From Guillardia theta CCMP2712 (Eukaryota > Protista > Cryptophyta), in the NCBI RefSeq assembly GCF_000315625.1, contig NW_005434641.1, positions 449,113 through 513,112 of the forward strand: a stretch of 64,000 nucleotides of DNA, in the 5' to 3' direction. Below are positions 23,460-36,239 of this stretch, piece by piece. The notes under the pieces are model-generated. The model was not told the DNA's origin, made no database searches, and saw only the letters and a program-made list of their open reading frames with translations. The stretch's first letter is position 1; each line of letters starts with the position of its first letter. The translations under genes and the position numbers were made by a program.

Positions 23460-26400
23460 TGTTAACGGTTCTGCTGTCACTGACCAATTTACCTTCACCC
23501 GTTCTTGAACAAGCTGAACAAATTGCGATCCATTTATTCAATACAACAACCCCTGGTACAATCTCAGGGAACTCCCAGAGCCTGGGTTCCTCGATTTTTC
23601 ACGATATCCGCAACGAAAGGTTCGAAATATCCTCAGCGCCATGTTTCCAACAACAATGGTTCTCCAAAGGAAAGCGAATTCCTGCATTTCATCGTGAGCC
23701 ACATTATCATAAGCGGTATCATATACCTCTCATTCTGTCAAACCGAAATTCAGCAGAGGTTGGCACTTGAACCTTGTTTGCTAAAAATTCGGCAAACAAT
23801 TGTTTCCAGTCATTCGGAATAGACATCTCAATGACATTATATCCTCTGCCCACAAGGCAAGTTTGACTTGCAAAAGTTTTGAATGTCTCCATAACTTTGT
23901 ATTTGAGCATCGGGTGATGAAGAGTGAAAACGTTCTGCAATGTACTTACATTGTGCAACCAGGGATGTCACAGAGATTACCTGCCAGATTTTCGAAGTGA
24001 CGTTGCAAATCCTCTCCTTGGACCTGTGGTTGTGAACAATCAAGAATGTTGTTGACCAATTGCATATTTACCTGTCATCGAACGACATTCTACCTAAGCT
24101 TCCAAGAAGTCGCAACAAAGAAGGGATCATTCGCTTGAAACAATATATCCTGTCCACTATGTGATCCAGCAATATATCGACTCTGTTTGTTTCCCGATCC
24201 TGATAATAGGTCAAGATACGTTATTGGTAACAGAACTTCACTACCATGGAAAGTGCCGCGATGTCAGTGATGAGACCCAGAATTGTCGGATCCTTGCAAA
24301 GATCATCCACAGCAAGAAACCGTAGGACAAAGCTGAAGGCTTCATCCTGCAGCAGCTCACTTATGAAACATGCTCTTCAAACAAACAAATGTCACCTTTT
24401 CTTCAACCAAACTGACACCTGGACTTCCTGCTGTAGATTGAATTCGGAGGATCTCCACAACAAGCGTGCAATGTGCGATCAAGCTACTTCGACAACAGAT
24501 TGAATTGTTTGATCCAGCTGAATCAGATTGAGTATAAATCATGTTTCGAATTCTGGTCAAAGTAGCGATTATCAATCCGGCAGTAGCCTTTGTGATGCTC
24601 TCCTTAATTGTTGGCCAAGTGGAGATGCACTCTCTCGTTGTTTCCATCTGTTCAATGAATAGGAAGATAGCTTTCAATATGAGTAATGCAATCGTGAGGT
24701 CCTTCAGTGATCTACATAAGAATGTATGAGTGAATTGCTTGTCAACATACAGCAGAGATCAAACTACCTGAAGACAATTCTCCTGTGAAACATGGACAAG
24801 AACCCTTCGTTGCATATTGCAGGAGATTTGAACAACGCTACTGCAAAGAGGTAAGACAGATTCATGGCACTTGTGCCGTAAGATATGTTTTTCTCCGGAA
24901 GAGTTTCTTCAAGAAGGAAAAGAATGAGCTTAGCTGAGTTTTGGGCACTTCTTTCATCACCAGAACGGATCAAGAATGCCCATATGTCTCGAGCCATCAT
25001 CGAAGACATGCTCCCCTTCGACCAAACGATCTGTTGTATGATAGTTAGTTCAGTGACACGTTCCAAATGAGAATGTTTTTGATATACCTCAGAAATCAAA
25101 CCTTTTTCTGCAGTATGTCTGATATCAGAAGGAGAACCTTTCAGCATTGCAACCATAGAAACAAAGCAGCGAAAGTAAAACCCAACATTCTCTGGATTTT
25201 GAGATTCGGTATCCTCATCGCCACAGCTATAAGCCATGCAAGCTTCCATTAGTTGAAAGATATTGCCGGAATTCTTTGCAAGCGTATCTTGAACTGTAGA
25301 AGAAAACTTTCCAAAATGAAGCAAAGTTTGCATCAAGAGGTTGCATTGACCAACGATAATACTAGCTTTTTCTTCTGCATTATCTCCAGTAGACGACTCA
25401 TTCAAATGCAACAATGCCTGCAGCACGGAGGACTGACAAGAAACATTCGACTGTGTGCTAGCAAACAGATTTTCGAGCGCCGCTTCCAGGATGGGTGAGA
25501 GTGAATCAGCTATCTCCTTCTTGATATCCTGCGGAATACAGCAATTCACTGCCGGGCTTCCAGCAGATCTCAATTTCGACGCAAGAGTAACAAACTTTGT
25601 ACTGCATGAGGCAACGCATTGTGGCAAAAAAATGCAGAACTTTGCCAAATGAATCAATATAAAGCGCATCAGCTTCAAAACCTTTCCTGATCGATCTGAC
25701 TTCAATTCGTCCACCCCTAGTTCATGGAAAGAATTTTCAAGTGCATCTAACATCAGATCTATCAGAGTTGAGCCCCGGAAGTTAGCAGAATATATCACTT
25801 TTTCAGTCTGTGATTGTGAGAGAACTTCACTGGATGTTTCAAGAATCCTATCCAAACCTTTGTACGCAGCATTCATCAGCCCCAGTTTCCTTTGCTGCGT
25901 GCTGACAAGGCACACATTTACAATGCTGTTGCAAATGGACACAAAAATTTCGGCTTCAGTGCCATCAAATCCGTTGTGCAAGAAAAAACCATTTCTTAGG
26001 CATGTCTGTTCAAGGAACGCACATGCTTCTTTCAATATGGCGGTTGCAGTGTTTTGCATCTCCATGACATACGACAATATGTTCTTCCCTTCACTCAACG
26101 CCTGTTGAGTCAAAGTCATCATTCGCTATCGTCAATTTACAAGATGAAAAACAATGTAGTACCTCTATGCCCTTGCACAGCCTTCCAAGCAGCGAGATCT
26201 CTTCGACACATTTCAGAACCTCATCGGTGAAAGAAGTCCATTGAAATGATGTATTGAGGTCGCTCTCGGCAAATAGACAACGAGAAACCTCATCGAGAAA
26301 ACCTGTGCTCGCAGCGAATGCCTGTACATGCATAAAACTATTCTCTGCATCCTGCACTTGAACATATTTCTTCAGCTTTTCAGCAAGTCTTTCAAGCATA

Positions 26401-26873
26401 TGGCGATTGATTTGAAAGGTACCTAGGAGAAACGTACTGAAATTCTCAACGAAATTAGGCAGAGAAATGCTGACTAGTTTGAAGATCAAGGTGCAACTAA
26501 CCATCGCTCTCGCCTGGATTAACAGATCTGAGCCATCCAAGATAGCTTTGAACTGAGACAGCACTTCGTTCCAACTGTCAATCATGTTCTTTGCATTGGC
26601 ATTTTGGTGTGAGAAATTTCTTGCAGCTATTTGTTCATACATACTTGCTATTGTCTCATCCACATCTGAAAACAGCTCTTCAATCCTTTGTTCGTGGCCT
26701 TTCTGAATACTGATGTACAGGTCAACCAGTTTGCTTTTGAGGTTACCAAGGAAATGAGCCATCATGATTGGTTTCTCTGGTAGAGGCAGATCCGAACCTT
26801 GGTTCTTCCACTGCACAGAGTTTTCGCTCAAAGTCTCTTCATCTCTGGCCCTCTTCGCCGGAAGGCTCGCCAT
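23460..26873 (-). CDS. Large alpha-helical protein, FIRRM/C1orf112/FLIP (DUF4487)-like; 3' end approximate
   Basis: Long exons at about 26160-26873 and 24766-26120, plus further exons. LMNAAYKGLDRIL, KVLKLMRFILIHLAKF and DIWAFLIRSG recall motifs I remember from this family (LNxSWK, LKLxRFF, WCFLARYG). Not searched. Confidence 0.6.
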
Positions 26874-27087
26874 GTGAGTATCACACTCCATCTCCTCCAG
26901 GTTGAACAAAGCGATTCAAACTTCTGAGATCCTCAACATGTCAACACTCACAAGTTGCCGCCAGGTCTCACAGGAGTTCAGCACATGCACATGTTCTGGC
27001 ATGAGACAATCGCGTTCACCCATACCCCGTCACCCCATCAAGCAACGACGGCGCGAGGCTCGCCATGGACGGCGGAGCAGCTTTTGC

Positions 27088-27095
27088 GCGGGAAA
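27088..27095 (-). promoter_or_regulatory. Canonical E2F site TTTCCCGC upstream of the FIRRM-like gene
   Basis: GCGGGAAA on the plus strand, about 215 bp upstream of the ATG at 26873. Confidence 0.4.
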
Positions 27096-27847
27096 CGTGA
27101 CCCCCACAAACCATTAGGTTTTACTCAACTCCGACACGCCTTTTTGAAAAACTCCGAAGCTGGCGTGTAGAATTCTCTTCTGCCTTACAGGCGACGATTG
27201 TCAGCAACGGAAATAGTTGAAGCGCCTTTTATGCGAAAAGATGTAGTTTCAAGGCGTCAAGAAGACTTTCAAAAAGTGGTCCATATCTTGAAAATTTACC
27301 CTGAAATAATGGAGTTCTAGGGTAATTTTCCACCTAGTCTGAAACTTCAGTACCGGTCCATTTGTATGATAGTTGATGGGGTGGAAACTTGAGATCTGAA
27401 AAGGAACGTCGTTTCGAAATGCTGACACGCGAAATGGTCTGTTTTGGAACACAAAGGAGTCCTTAGATGCAGCTACCCTACCCCCCCTGACTATTGAGGA
27501 GATATGATACCTGATTACCCCTTTATTTTCTCTTCCAAGAACCCCTTCAAAGTACCCCACCGTCAGGTCGCCGGCACTGTTCCTGTAAGGGTCCGCCTCC
27601 GTTCTCCCCCCCCCCGTCCTCCTCCCTTCCACAGCCTTTTCTTCCTCCCCTCTGCACCTGCCTGCACTGAATTCGCCTCCTCTCCCCCTCCCACCAACGC
27701 TAGCTTCTCTTACGCCATCCTCATACTCCCTACCTGACAAGTCTCTGTTCCTCCCCTGTGCTCTGCTTGAACCTTTGCATTCGTTTCGCTTACCTGCTCC
27801 CGCTGTTTCCACTGATATCGTTTGTGCACATAAACTCCTTCAAAAGC

Positions 27848-28411
27848 ATGCAGTCCGGTCACTTCTCTAAGACTATGCCGAACCTTCGATCAAATCCCGA
27901 GCCCTTTGCTGGTGATGACCACTATCGGCCGAGCAACGACATATTCGAGGAATGCTGTTGTGGAAACAGTATCTCGCCGTCGTCCACCAGCTCGAAACAA
28001 TCGACTCTGTCCCTATCGCCAACAGCTCACTTCGCACCCTCTGGGATATTTCTGATTGACGAGAAATCAAGGATGAAGGACGCGATGAACGGCGACGTCA
28101 TCATGACCGAGCTGCCTACCTTGATTGAGGAGGAATCCCCGTTGTCAAGCACTCAGAATCAGACTAGTCCGAGGAATTTCTTGTCCACTGCATCGTTCCA
28201 ACGAAGCATGAAGGTGACCGCCAAGGAGTTCAGCAAGATATCAACATGCGCCCCGCCACCAACTAAGTACAGAAGAAGCGCAAAGGACAAGCGGAACAGG
28301 AGCTGCTCTACTTCGAGGAGAGTCTTCAATGCGATGCAAGGTTTCAACATCTCGATGACTCTGTCGAAGCAGAGGAAAGATATGTTCAAGCGAACCACAT
28401 CCATGCCTTAG
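27848..28411 (+). CDS. Hypothetical Ser/basic-rich protein, probably single exon
   Basis: Uninterrupted ORF of about 187 codons downstream of a TACCC block and pyrimidine-rich leader; no recognisable domain. Confidence 0.6.
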   Translation: MQSGHFSKTMPNLRSNPEPFAGDDHYRPSNDIFEECCCGNSISPSSTSSKQSTLSLSPTAHFAPSGIFLIDEKSRMKDAMNGDVIMTELPTLIEEESPLSSTQNQTSPRNFLSTASFQRSMKVTAKEFSKISTCAPPPTKYRRSAKDKRNRSCSTSRRVFNAMQGFNISMTLSKQRKDMFKRTTSMP

Positions 28412-28507
28412 ACGTTTCTGAGCACATTGTTATTATTGCATCTTCATTTTCTCTGCGAGCTTATTTCTATTGTCGTCTGTATGTGAGTCTGTACTTTCAG
28501 TAAATTC

Positions 28508-31500
28508 TCAATGAAGCTCAGAAGGCTCCGCCGCCTCATCTCCTTCCACATAATCCGAAACCTCCGATGAGCTTGCGTCCTCACTCGAGCTGCCATCATA
28601 ACGAGTCATCTTTGATTGCACAAGAGCACAGGACACGCTTGCCTTAGCAACGGCGCTCCTCTCGTCGTTTTCCTGTAAAGACATCGTCATGGTTGGGTTT
28701 GGACAAGGGCTAGGAGCTCTCACCTGTTTATCATAGAGATCTCATCTTCGCTCGCGTCACCTGACTCTTCATCCGCAGAGAATTCCTGGAGGAGGGAAGC
28801 ATCAGTGCTGTGCCGAGCCAGGAGGGTAGTCGAACCATATCTTCAACCGCCTTCATCGTCTCCTTGAGCTCCTCTTGTAACCTGCCGCACAGCATTCACA
28901 TGAATCATACAAGGGCCCAAGCGCTCACCGCTCCTCCACAGCAAATTTGGTGCTTTCTGTGATCCTCGTGTTGCCCGTGTAGAGCCTCATGCGTGGAAAG
29001 CGGAGCAGGAGTCTAAGGAGGAAATATCAGGACACATGACAGCCCTGGCAAACGGCCTGACTTATAAATGTTTTCTTCGCTGGCGTCAGTGATGTCATTT
29101 CTGCTCAGGTACAGCTCTATCATATTGCAGGAGCGGGACATCAAAGTCGTTGTCAAGACTTCCAATCCTGCATCGCTGACCGAGCAGCCTTGCAAGTCCA
29201 GCTTACTGTCACAGGGAGATCAGAAGCAACAGGCTTCAGTGCATCACCAACCTTATTCTGTCGTTGGTTCTCAGCATCTCGCAAAGGACTAGAATTCCTT
29301 CATCTCCAATCTGGCAGCCGTCCAGATCTATCTTAGTGAAGACATTGTTCGTTGCCAGCACTTCGCAGAGGACTTTCACCCCCTCCACTGTGATCATCCC
29401 TAGCTGCCCCGAAATCTTGGCTGACCTGCATGTGAAAACGATCAACATCGCGCCACGAGCTGACTATTCAGCTGACCCGTAGTGGTTGGGGTCCAGATTA
29501 TCCAGGGCTGCCAACTTCTTCTTGAACTTTGCGCCGTTGAGTTTTGCTGGGAAGTTCAATTGTACCATCCCCTTCCCTTGAATGCCCTCACGATCGGATC
29601 CTTTGTAACCTGTGAACCAGGTCCCGTTTGACCCGCAGCTCTTTCGCTTGCTCAGCTTCTCTTCCTCTTTGCTGGCAGAGTCATGTTTCCGGCCTTGTTT
29701 TCCTCTCTTGGTTGATGAGTTATGATTTCCTTTCTTCGACCGGCGGATGAATGCTGCATCGACGTTTTCTTCGCAGTCTCCATCGTTGTAAAGTACACAG
29801 TATTTCCCATTAGCTTGCACACTCTGTATCCTACCTTTGTACCACCGCTTCTGACCTTCATTTGCATGCCATAGAGCCTTGATTTTCTGCCCTACTTTGA
29901 ATGAATTCGGATATATTTCACAGTTTGACTTGGCCAGCATTTTCTGTCGGCGCTGCTCTAGAGTCAGGTCCTCGTCTGAGTCCTGGGGATCTTCAACAAC
30001 TTGCCGTGACTTCACATTTCCTTCAAAATCATCAGACTCGTCATCCTCTGAAAAAACGTTCTTCGATAATCGTTTCCCCTCCCCATGGCCAGAGTTTGCC
30101 ATCTCCTTGTTTGCAGCTGGTGTGAAATGCGACAGGAAGATCACAGGGCAATCATCGCTGCTTTCAGCTGTATCATGTCCTTTCAAATGCTGTCCAGGAG
30201 TAGCATCCTTTGCTTCATCGTCATCGCATGATTGTATTTCCTGAGATTCAAGCCTCGACACTGACCAATCTCTGTTTGACAAGAAAAAGTTATGAGAGGG
30301 TTTGCCGCTCGAATGGCAAAGGTTGACCTGATACATTGTTGCAGCACAGTCTCATCAATCACTTCATTGGAACATTTCCAAGTCTCGCCATCTGACCAAG
30401 TAATCTCTCTACAAGAACCTCCTTTCTTGACAAGTTTCCTGAGCAAATTCGAGCCAATCAGGATATGCGTACATTCCGGAGCAGCCGAGGCATGCACGTT
30501 CGCCCCGCACAGCAGAGTCTGTTTCATGCATCAGCAACTTTATCCCATGTATCTCCCAATCAAACTCTCACAGTCGCTAGAATCAGTTGTAGATCGAACG
30601 AGTCTGTGAATGATTCCTCGGTATGTACACATATGTGGACCTGGGGCAACTTGATCAAAGACATAGCAAGACCTATGAAGCATACTCGCTCCATGCCAGG
30701 CACTCCACTAGCGGCCTTGAGAGGCTTGAAGGAAGCAAAAGACTCGAGGGAATGCGCAAACCGGTCGACAACACAGGTGTGCAGCCATATCCGGGTAGCG
30801 AATTGCTTGCCTTGTTCCCTTGCCTGACAAGAGCGTCACAAGCAGCTCAACTAGAGCTGGGAGATGAGAGATGCGAATGAACCATAGGTAAAGACATACC
30901 CATGATGAGAATATCCCTATCTCCTGGTCCACCTCCTCCTTCCCCGTCTCCCAGTAATCGAAGATCTGCCGAGGTAGGTATCAGCGCGACAGGTCAAAAC
31001 GGTTCATGTCATCACCACGTGAGTGCATTCTTGCACTTCCTTGGCGATCTTGCCACCGCAAGAAAGGTACTCCTGAGTGAAGCAAGCAACTCAAACCTCG
31101 TCGCACTGACCCTCCCCTACCTCAATGTCCCTCTGCGACCCCATGAGCCCGTTGCACTCGGATTCCAGCGGGAGGAGGTACAGGCATGTGCCCCGAGCCC
31201 ATGAAGGGCTCTCCCAACTTTCTTCATCGCTGTTCACGCTCTCCCACCCGCTGCTGCACGACTCTCCTTCCGTGTCGCTCTGACCTTCTCTCACGGCTTG
31301 CAGCTTGTTCCAAGTCTCCCCCTGATCTGAAGGCTCCTCCCTGTTCCGCTTCCTCTTCATCAAGGGTGACTTTCCTCCCCTTCTCCTGTCCGCCGAGGGT
31401 GAACCTAGCTCTATCACCCTCTCCCTGTTGTTGCCACAGAGCGGATGCCGAGACAGAAAATCTTTGATCAGTTTGCTCCCTTCTCCACCAAAATCGTTCT

Positions 31501-31840
31501 CTCTCAGATCCACGTACTCCAAGTCTGGTGAAAGTTCAATCCCCTTCAGGAGCATGGATAGGCTCTTGCTGGTTATCCCGTTCTGACCAAGGTCCAGCCA
31601 TGTCAGACTGTTCTCGCGCATCAGGAGCGTCCGGCACAGATCCTGGCACCCGTCGTCGCCGATACAGCAGCAGCGGAGGTCAAGGGCCTTGTGCCCGCCA
31701 ACCTCTGCCATGGAGAGGTAGACAGCCTGGAGCTGTTCCCTGCTGAAGAAGGATCCTCTCAGATCCATCTTCCTCTCCCCCTTCCCCTTCATCAACTTCT
31801 CCATCGTCTTCCTCCATTCCGCTCCCTCCACCCCCGCCAT
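28508..31840 (-). CDS. Multidomain protein: RNI-type LRR - tandem BRCT - Tudor - RNI-type LRR - acidic tail
   Basis: N-terminal LRRs (LDLRCCCIGDDGC, LTWLDLGQNGI). BRCT1: GGKIAKEVQECTHVI...AREQGKQFATRIWLHTC. BRCT2: GANVHASAAPECTHILI...VIDETVLQQCI. Tudor: FKVGQKIKALW...WYKGRIQSV...YCVLYNDGDCEENV. C-terminal LRRs (IDLDGCQIGDEG, LDLQGCSVSDAG). The junctions I checked splice in frame. Confidence 0.75.
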
Positions 31841-31985
31841 GTGGCGCAAGCGCGGGACGGGATGGGAACCGGGGTAGTGGACGAATTCCAAACGGGGTGG
31901 GTCCTGAGGCTGTTTGAGAAGGGGTACTCAAGATGAAGGATTGTTCAAAAGGGTGGGTAATAACAGATCAAACAAGGGGTACAAG

Positions 31986-32114
31986 AGAGGAAACGGGTGG
32001 GTAATTGTTTCAAAAATCAGGGTAGGGGGTGTTTTGTTTTTTCTTTTACAGAGGAAACGGGTGGGTAATTGTTTCAAAAATCAGGGTAGGGGGTGTTTTG
32101 TTTTTTCTTTTACA
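31986..32114 (+). repeat. Tandem duplication, 64-bp unit x2
   Basis: AGAGGAAACGGGTGGGTAATTGTTTCAAAAATCAGGGTAGGGGGTGTTTTG...TTAC starts at 31986 and again at 32050. Confidence 0.9.
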
Positions 32115-32155
32115 CAGGTTTACTGTTAGAAAAGGGAGTAGCAGGAGCGGCAGGA

Positions 32156-32275
32156 TGAGCAGGAGCAGAAAGAGGGTAAGCAGAATCAGGAGAGGGTGCA
32201 CAGAGTCGACACCTGAGCAGGAGCAGAAAGAGGGTAAGCAGAATCAGGAGAGGGTGCACAGAGTCGACACCTGAG
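32156..32275 (+). repeat. Tandem duplication, 58-bp unit x2
   Basis: TGAGCAGGAGCAGAAAGAGGGTAAGCAGAATCAGGAGAGGGTGCACAGAGTCGACACC starts at 32156 and again at 32214. Confidence 0.9.
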
Positions 32276-32412
32276 ATGTTGCCATGTTGGCCAGACGAAC
32301 AAACGAGAAGGAAAAACGGAAAATGAACATGATTACACAACTTCTATCAGATCAAACTTATCAAACATAGAGGGCTCCGAAAACGATACTGATCACCATT
32401 TTGGAGTGTAGG

Positions 32413-34463
32413 ATGACGGGATCATCGCTGATCAAGTTCACACTCAACTACGAGGTCGTTACCTGCTCTAACTTGGAGCGGGGGCTTCTGATCGAAATGC
32501 TCAGGTGCTCGACGAGTTTGTGAACTCGACGAAAGCGCTTTTCCAGGAGCATGACAAGAGGTAGGAGCGAGTTGCTTCATGCTCGAGCTCTGACGACTTC
32601 GTCTCGTTCAGGATCGCTGTCCTTGAGAAGCAGCAGGTGGGCTCATGGCCTCCCGTACTCGGGCACAGTTTTCATTGATGGCCCGCTGCTTCTAGGTAGC
32701 GCTGACAAGTCAGAACCAAGCTCTGCAGAAGCAGCTCAAGGTGATTCGGCAGCGAGGGGTGCCTACTGCATTGACGGGCGATTATGTAGAACAGGGAGGA
32801 TGAGATAAGAGTTTTGAGAGGGGAATGCAAATCGCTGGCCCAGCAGGTGTACATGAAGCGATCCCTTGCGGTGCCTGTACTGATGGGCATTACTGCCGAG
32901 CAGGTCATCGATATGGAGGTGCAGAATCAAGGACTGAGGGAAGAGAACGCGTTGTCCTTCACCAAGATGTATCAGAAGCTGGAGAGCACATGTAAGACAA
33001 TCATGATGAGAATGATGGAGATGATGATGATGATGATGATGACGATGGAGATGGCGGTGATGGTGGTAGTAGTAGTGTTGGTGGTGATGATGATAGCTAC
33101 TGTGATGCTTTTGTTGCGATTATGACATGACGTTTCTTGCAGCCACATCTGATGGTTTACAGAAAGAGTTTATGATGTTGAAAGAAGAGTCCGACAATCG
33201 TATGCTCATCCTTGAGAACCTTGTAAGGGATTTATTCCTTTGTTCCATTAACACCACCACCAACAACAACACCATCATATCATTCTCCTCCTCCTCCTGC
33301 TCCTTCTCATCATCATCATCATCACCACTTCCACCACCACCACCACCACTACCACCATGCTCCTCCTCCTCCTCCACCACCACCTCATCATCATACTCTC
33401 TTTTCTTCTTCTTCTTCTTCTTCTTCTTCGTCTTGCTCTCCTCCTCCTCCTCCTCCTCCTCCTCCTCCTCCTCCTCCTCCTCCTCCTCTGCCACCATCAT
33501 CTTCATTATACTCTCTTCTTCTTCTTCTTCGTCTTCGTCTTGCTCTCCTCCTCCTCCTCCTCATCATCATCATCATCATCACCATCATCATCATCCTTCA
33601 CTATTCTCTTTCGATGACTCTTGAGCAAGATGCGTGAAATCGGAGGAGACAAGGTGAAGGGCATGATCAACGATATCTCATCTCTCCAGCACGGTGACGT
33701 CAGCACATGCTGCCTGCTGCGATGACGCGACACGGCAGACACTGTCGCGCTGTGGAAGGAGAATGCTCGGATGGTGCTGGAGATGGAACACAGGGCCCAC
33801 CACGATGAGGTAGGAAGGAGAGGAGAGAAAGAGACGGGACGGGACGGGACGGGACGGGAGGAGGGGAGGGGAGAGGAGAAGAAGGGTAAAGGAGAAGAGG
33901 AGAGGAGAGGAGAGAACGTGACGTGACGGGAGGGGAGGGGAGGGGAGGGGAGGGGAGAGGAGAAGAAGGGAGAAGAAGGGTGAAGGAGAAGGGGAGGGGA
34001 AAGATGAGGGGAAAGGAAATGAGATTGAGTGAAGAAAAGGAGCAGGGTAGAAAGAGATGTGGAAGGGAGGGGAGTGAAGGATTGGAGGGGAGAGAAGAGT
34101 CAGGGGAAAAATGTTCTTAAACCTCCCCAGGTGCAAGAAATCCGCAAACAGCTGCGAGAGGTCAAGGTCAGAAGCAATCTTCTTCTCCTCCTCCTCTTCC
34201 TCCTCCTCCTAGCTGTCCTTGGTTCGCTCCAACCTTCCTCCTCGTCCTTCTCTACCTGCCCAGGGGCTTCAACTGACGAGGACGACGACAGAGGGAGGTT
34301 GAGGTCGTGAGGATCAACAGCGGGGAGGAGGCAGAGCAGGAGAGAAGGAAGGAAATATCGGACCTCAAGGTAAGGGAGCAGGCGTCATGGCCCCAACTTG
34401 CTGATCCTCGCTACAGGACTCGTTGTGTAACCTGCTGTCAGAGGCTGAGCTGAGGTCAGGAAG

Positions 34464-34503
<40 letters not shown>

Positions 34504-34975
34504 TTCTTGCTCCTCCTCTTCTTCGTCCTGTTGCTTCTCCTCCGACTCCTCCTCTCATCCCTCCTTACTTCCTCTTCCTGTTCGCTTGACTGGCCTCCCG
34601 GCAGCTCCCGGCTGGTCAAGTCTTCGCTTGAGCGAGCAGACGAGGTGAGGGAGAGTGAAGGAGAAGAAGAAGAATGACTTGCTTGCAGCTGAAGATGAAA
34701 TCAGCAGACACCGACAGAGTGAGTGTCCCATTCTCCTCTCCCCTCCCCTCTCTCCTCCATCATCTTTTGTCTTCCTCTCAACTTTCGTGCGACATTGCAG
34801 GTGATTGACAATCTCAAACTTGACATCGGCGAGGTGAGAAGAGAAAACATCATCTCACAAGATCATCTTCATGGCATGTCGTACAAGCATCTTACTCACT
34901 TGATCTCCTGCAGCAAGCGAAGAATCTTGTTGAGGCACAGAACCTTGTGCGAGCTCTGCTAGGGGCACAGAAGGT

Positions 34976-35048
<73 letters not shown>

Positions 35049-36095
35049 AAAATAAATGATTTTCTTCGCAGCGCTTTGCTGTGGAGCTCGATGACCTCGG
35101 GACGAGTGTACGACAGAAACCAGACGAAACCAGTAACGCCCCACCCCCTCCTCCCTACCCTTCCTCCCCCCCCCCCCCCCTCCCCTCCTCCTTCCTCCTC
35201 CTCCTTCTCCTCCTCCCTCCTTTTTTCTTCCTGCTGTGCTGACTGCTCTGATTCAGTGGACCTCGCAATGACTGGGTCCGGCAAGAATATTATGAGGCCT
35301 CACTCAGCACAGGTCAGAAATTCTTTCAGATCTCCTCCTCCTCTCCTCTCCTCTCTCCTCCCCCTTCCACTCCTTCCCCAATCTCCCCCGTGTTCCACCC
35401 TCATTGTCCCTTCATCACTCGCTTCTATCTTCCCTCCCTCCCTCCCTCCCTCCCTCCCTCCTCCCCTTCAGCTCAGTCCCCCAGCAGGCAGTCACCTTCA
35501 ACCTCCCTCGCTCGTCCTCCCCGGAGGAGGTAAGAAGTTTGCGGGGCCTTCCTGCTGGGATTGAGCTGGGGATACAGGAGGATAGGCCGAGGACGAGTCT
35601 TGGCTTCAGCAACGGCCCGTCGAATCTCATCAGCCATTTTCCCCCCGGTAAGGTCAGGAGACCCAACTCGGCGATGCTGAACCGGCCGACGTCAGGTAGG
35701 AGGAGGAGAAGGAAATCGAAGAGGAGGGGGAAGAAGAGGAGGGTGGGTTCAGAGGCGACGAGAAGGGAGGGAGGAGCAGGGAGGAGGGATGGAGGGATGC
35801 TGCTGTTTGTATGGTTCTGCCCTGTTGTTTTCTTGGTTTTCCCTCCTCTTTCGTCCCTCCCTCCCCTCTATCCGTCTCCTTGTAATCTCACACTCCTACC
35901 AGCTCGATCTACGATGCACATCAGCGAGTTGACGTCAGACGAGAATAAGAACAGGCAAGAATGTCAACAATTTCTCGTCCTCCTCTTTCACCTCCTCTTC
36001 CTCCACTACTGCTTCCTGTCTTCCTCCATCGCTTCCTCCTGCTCTATCCCCTAATTCTCTTCTCAACCAGGAGATCTTCACACTCGAATAGATAG
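32413..36095 (+). CDS. Hypothetical coiled-coil protein with many micro-exons; ends approximate
   Basis: Short heptad-rich exons (VLDEFVNSTKALFQEHDK, VIDMEVQNQGLREENA, VQEIRKQLREVK, VIDNLKLDIGE) with an RPxSA-type tail, separated by microsatellite introns. Confidence 0.65.
33270..33600 (+). repeat. Compound (CCT/CTT/CAT/CAC)n intronic microsatellite
   Basis: Seen directly. Confidence 0.9.
34978..35047 (+). repeat. (CAG)n microsatellite, intronic
   Basis: Follows the donor AAG|GTAAAG and precedes the acceptor TTCGCAG. Confidence 0.85.
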
Positions 36096-36239
36096 TAGGA
36101 CAGACAACTTAACGCTTCTATCAAGCCGCAACTTGTACAGTAAATTCATAATATTCCTGCACTCCGAAGCAACACAAATGCCCTCTTCCTCCTCCACCCT
36201 CGCCTCCCTCCTCTTCCTCTTCCTCCTCCTGCACCTCCT

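Noticed and set aside
26091-26160. Apparent frameshift between the two long FIRRM-like ORFs
   Set aside because: A short intron fits between them; no need to invoke programmed frameshifting.
31986-32275. Possible CRISPR-like or LTR-like repeats
   Set aside because: Only two adjacent copies of each unit, with no spacers and no cas or RT genes; eukaryotic context.
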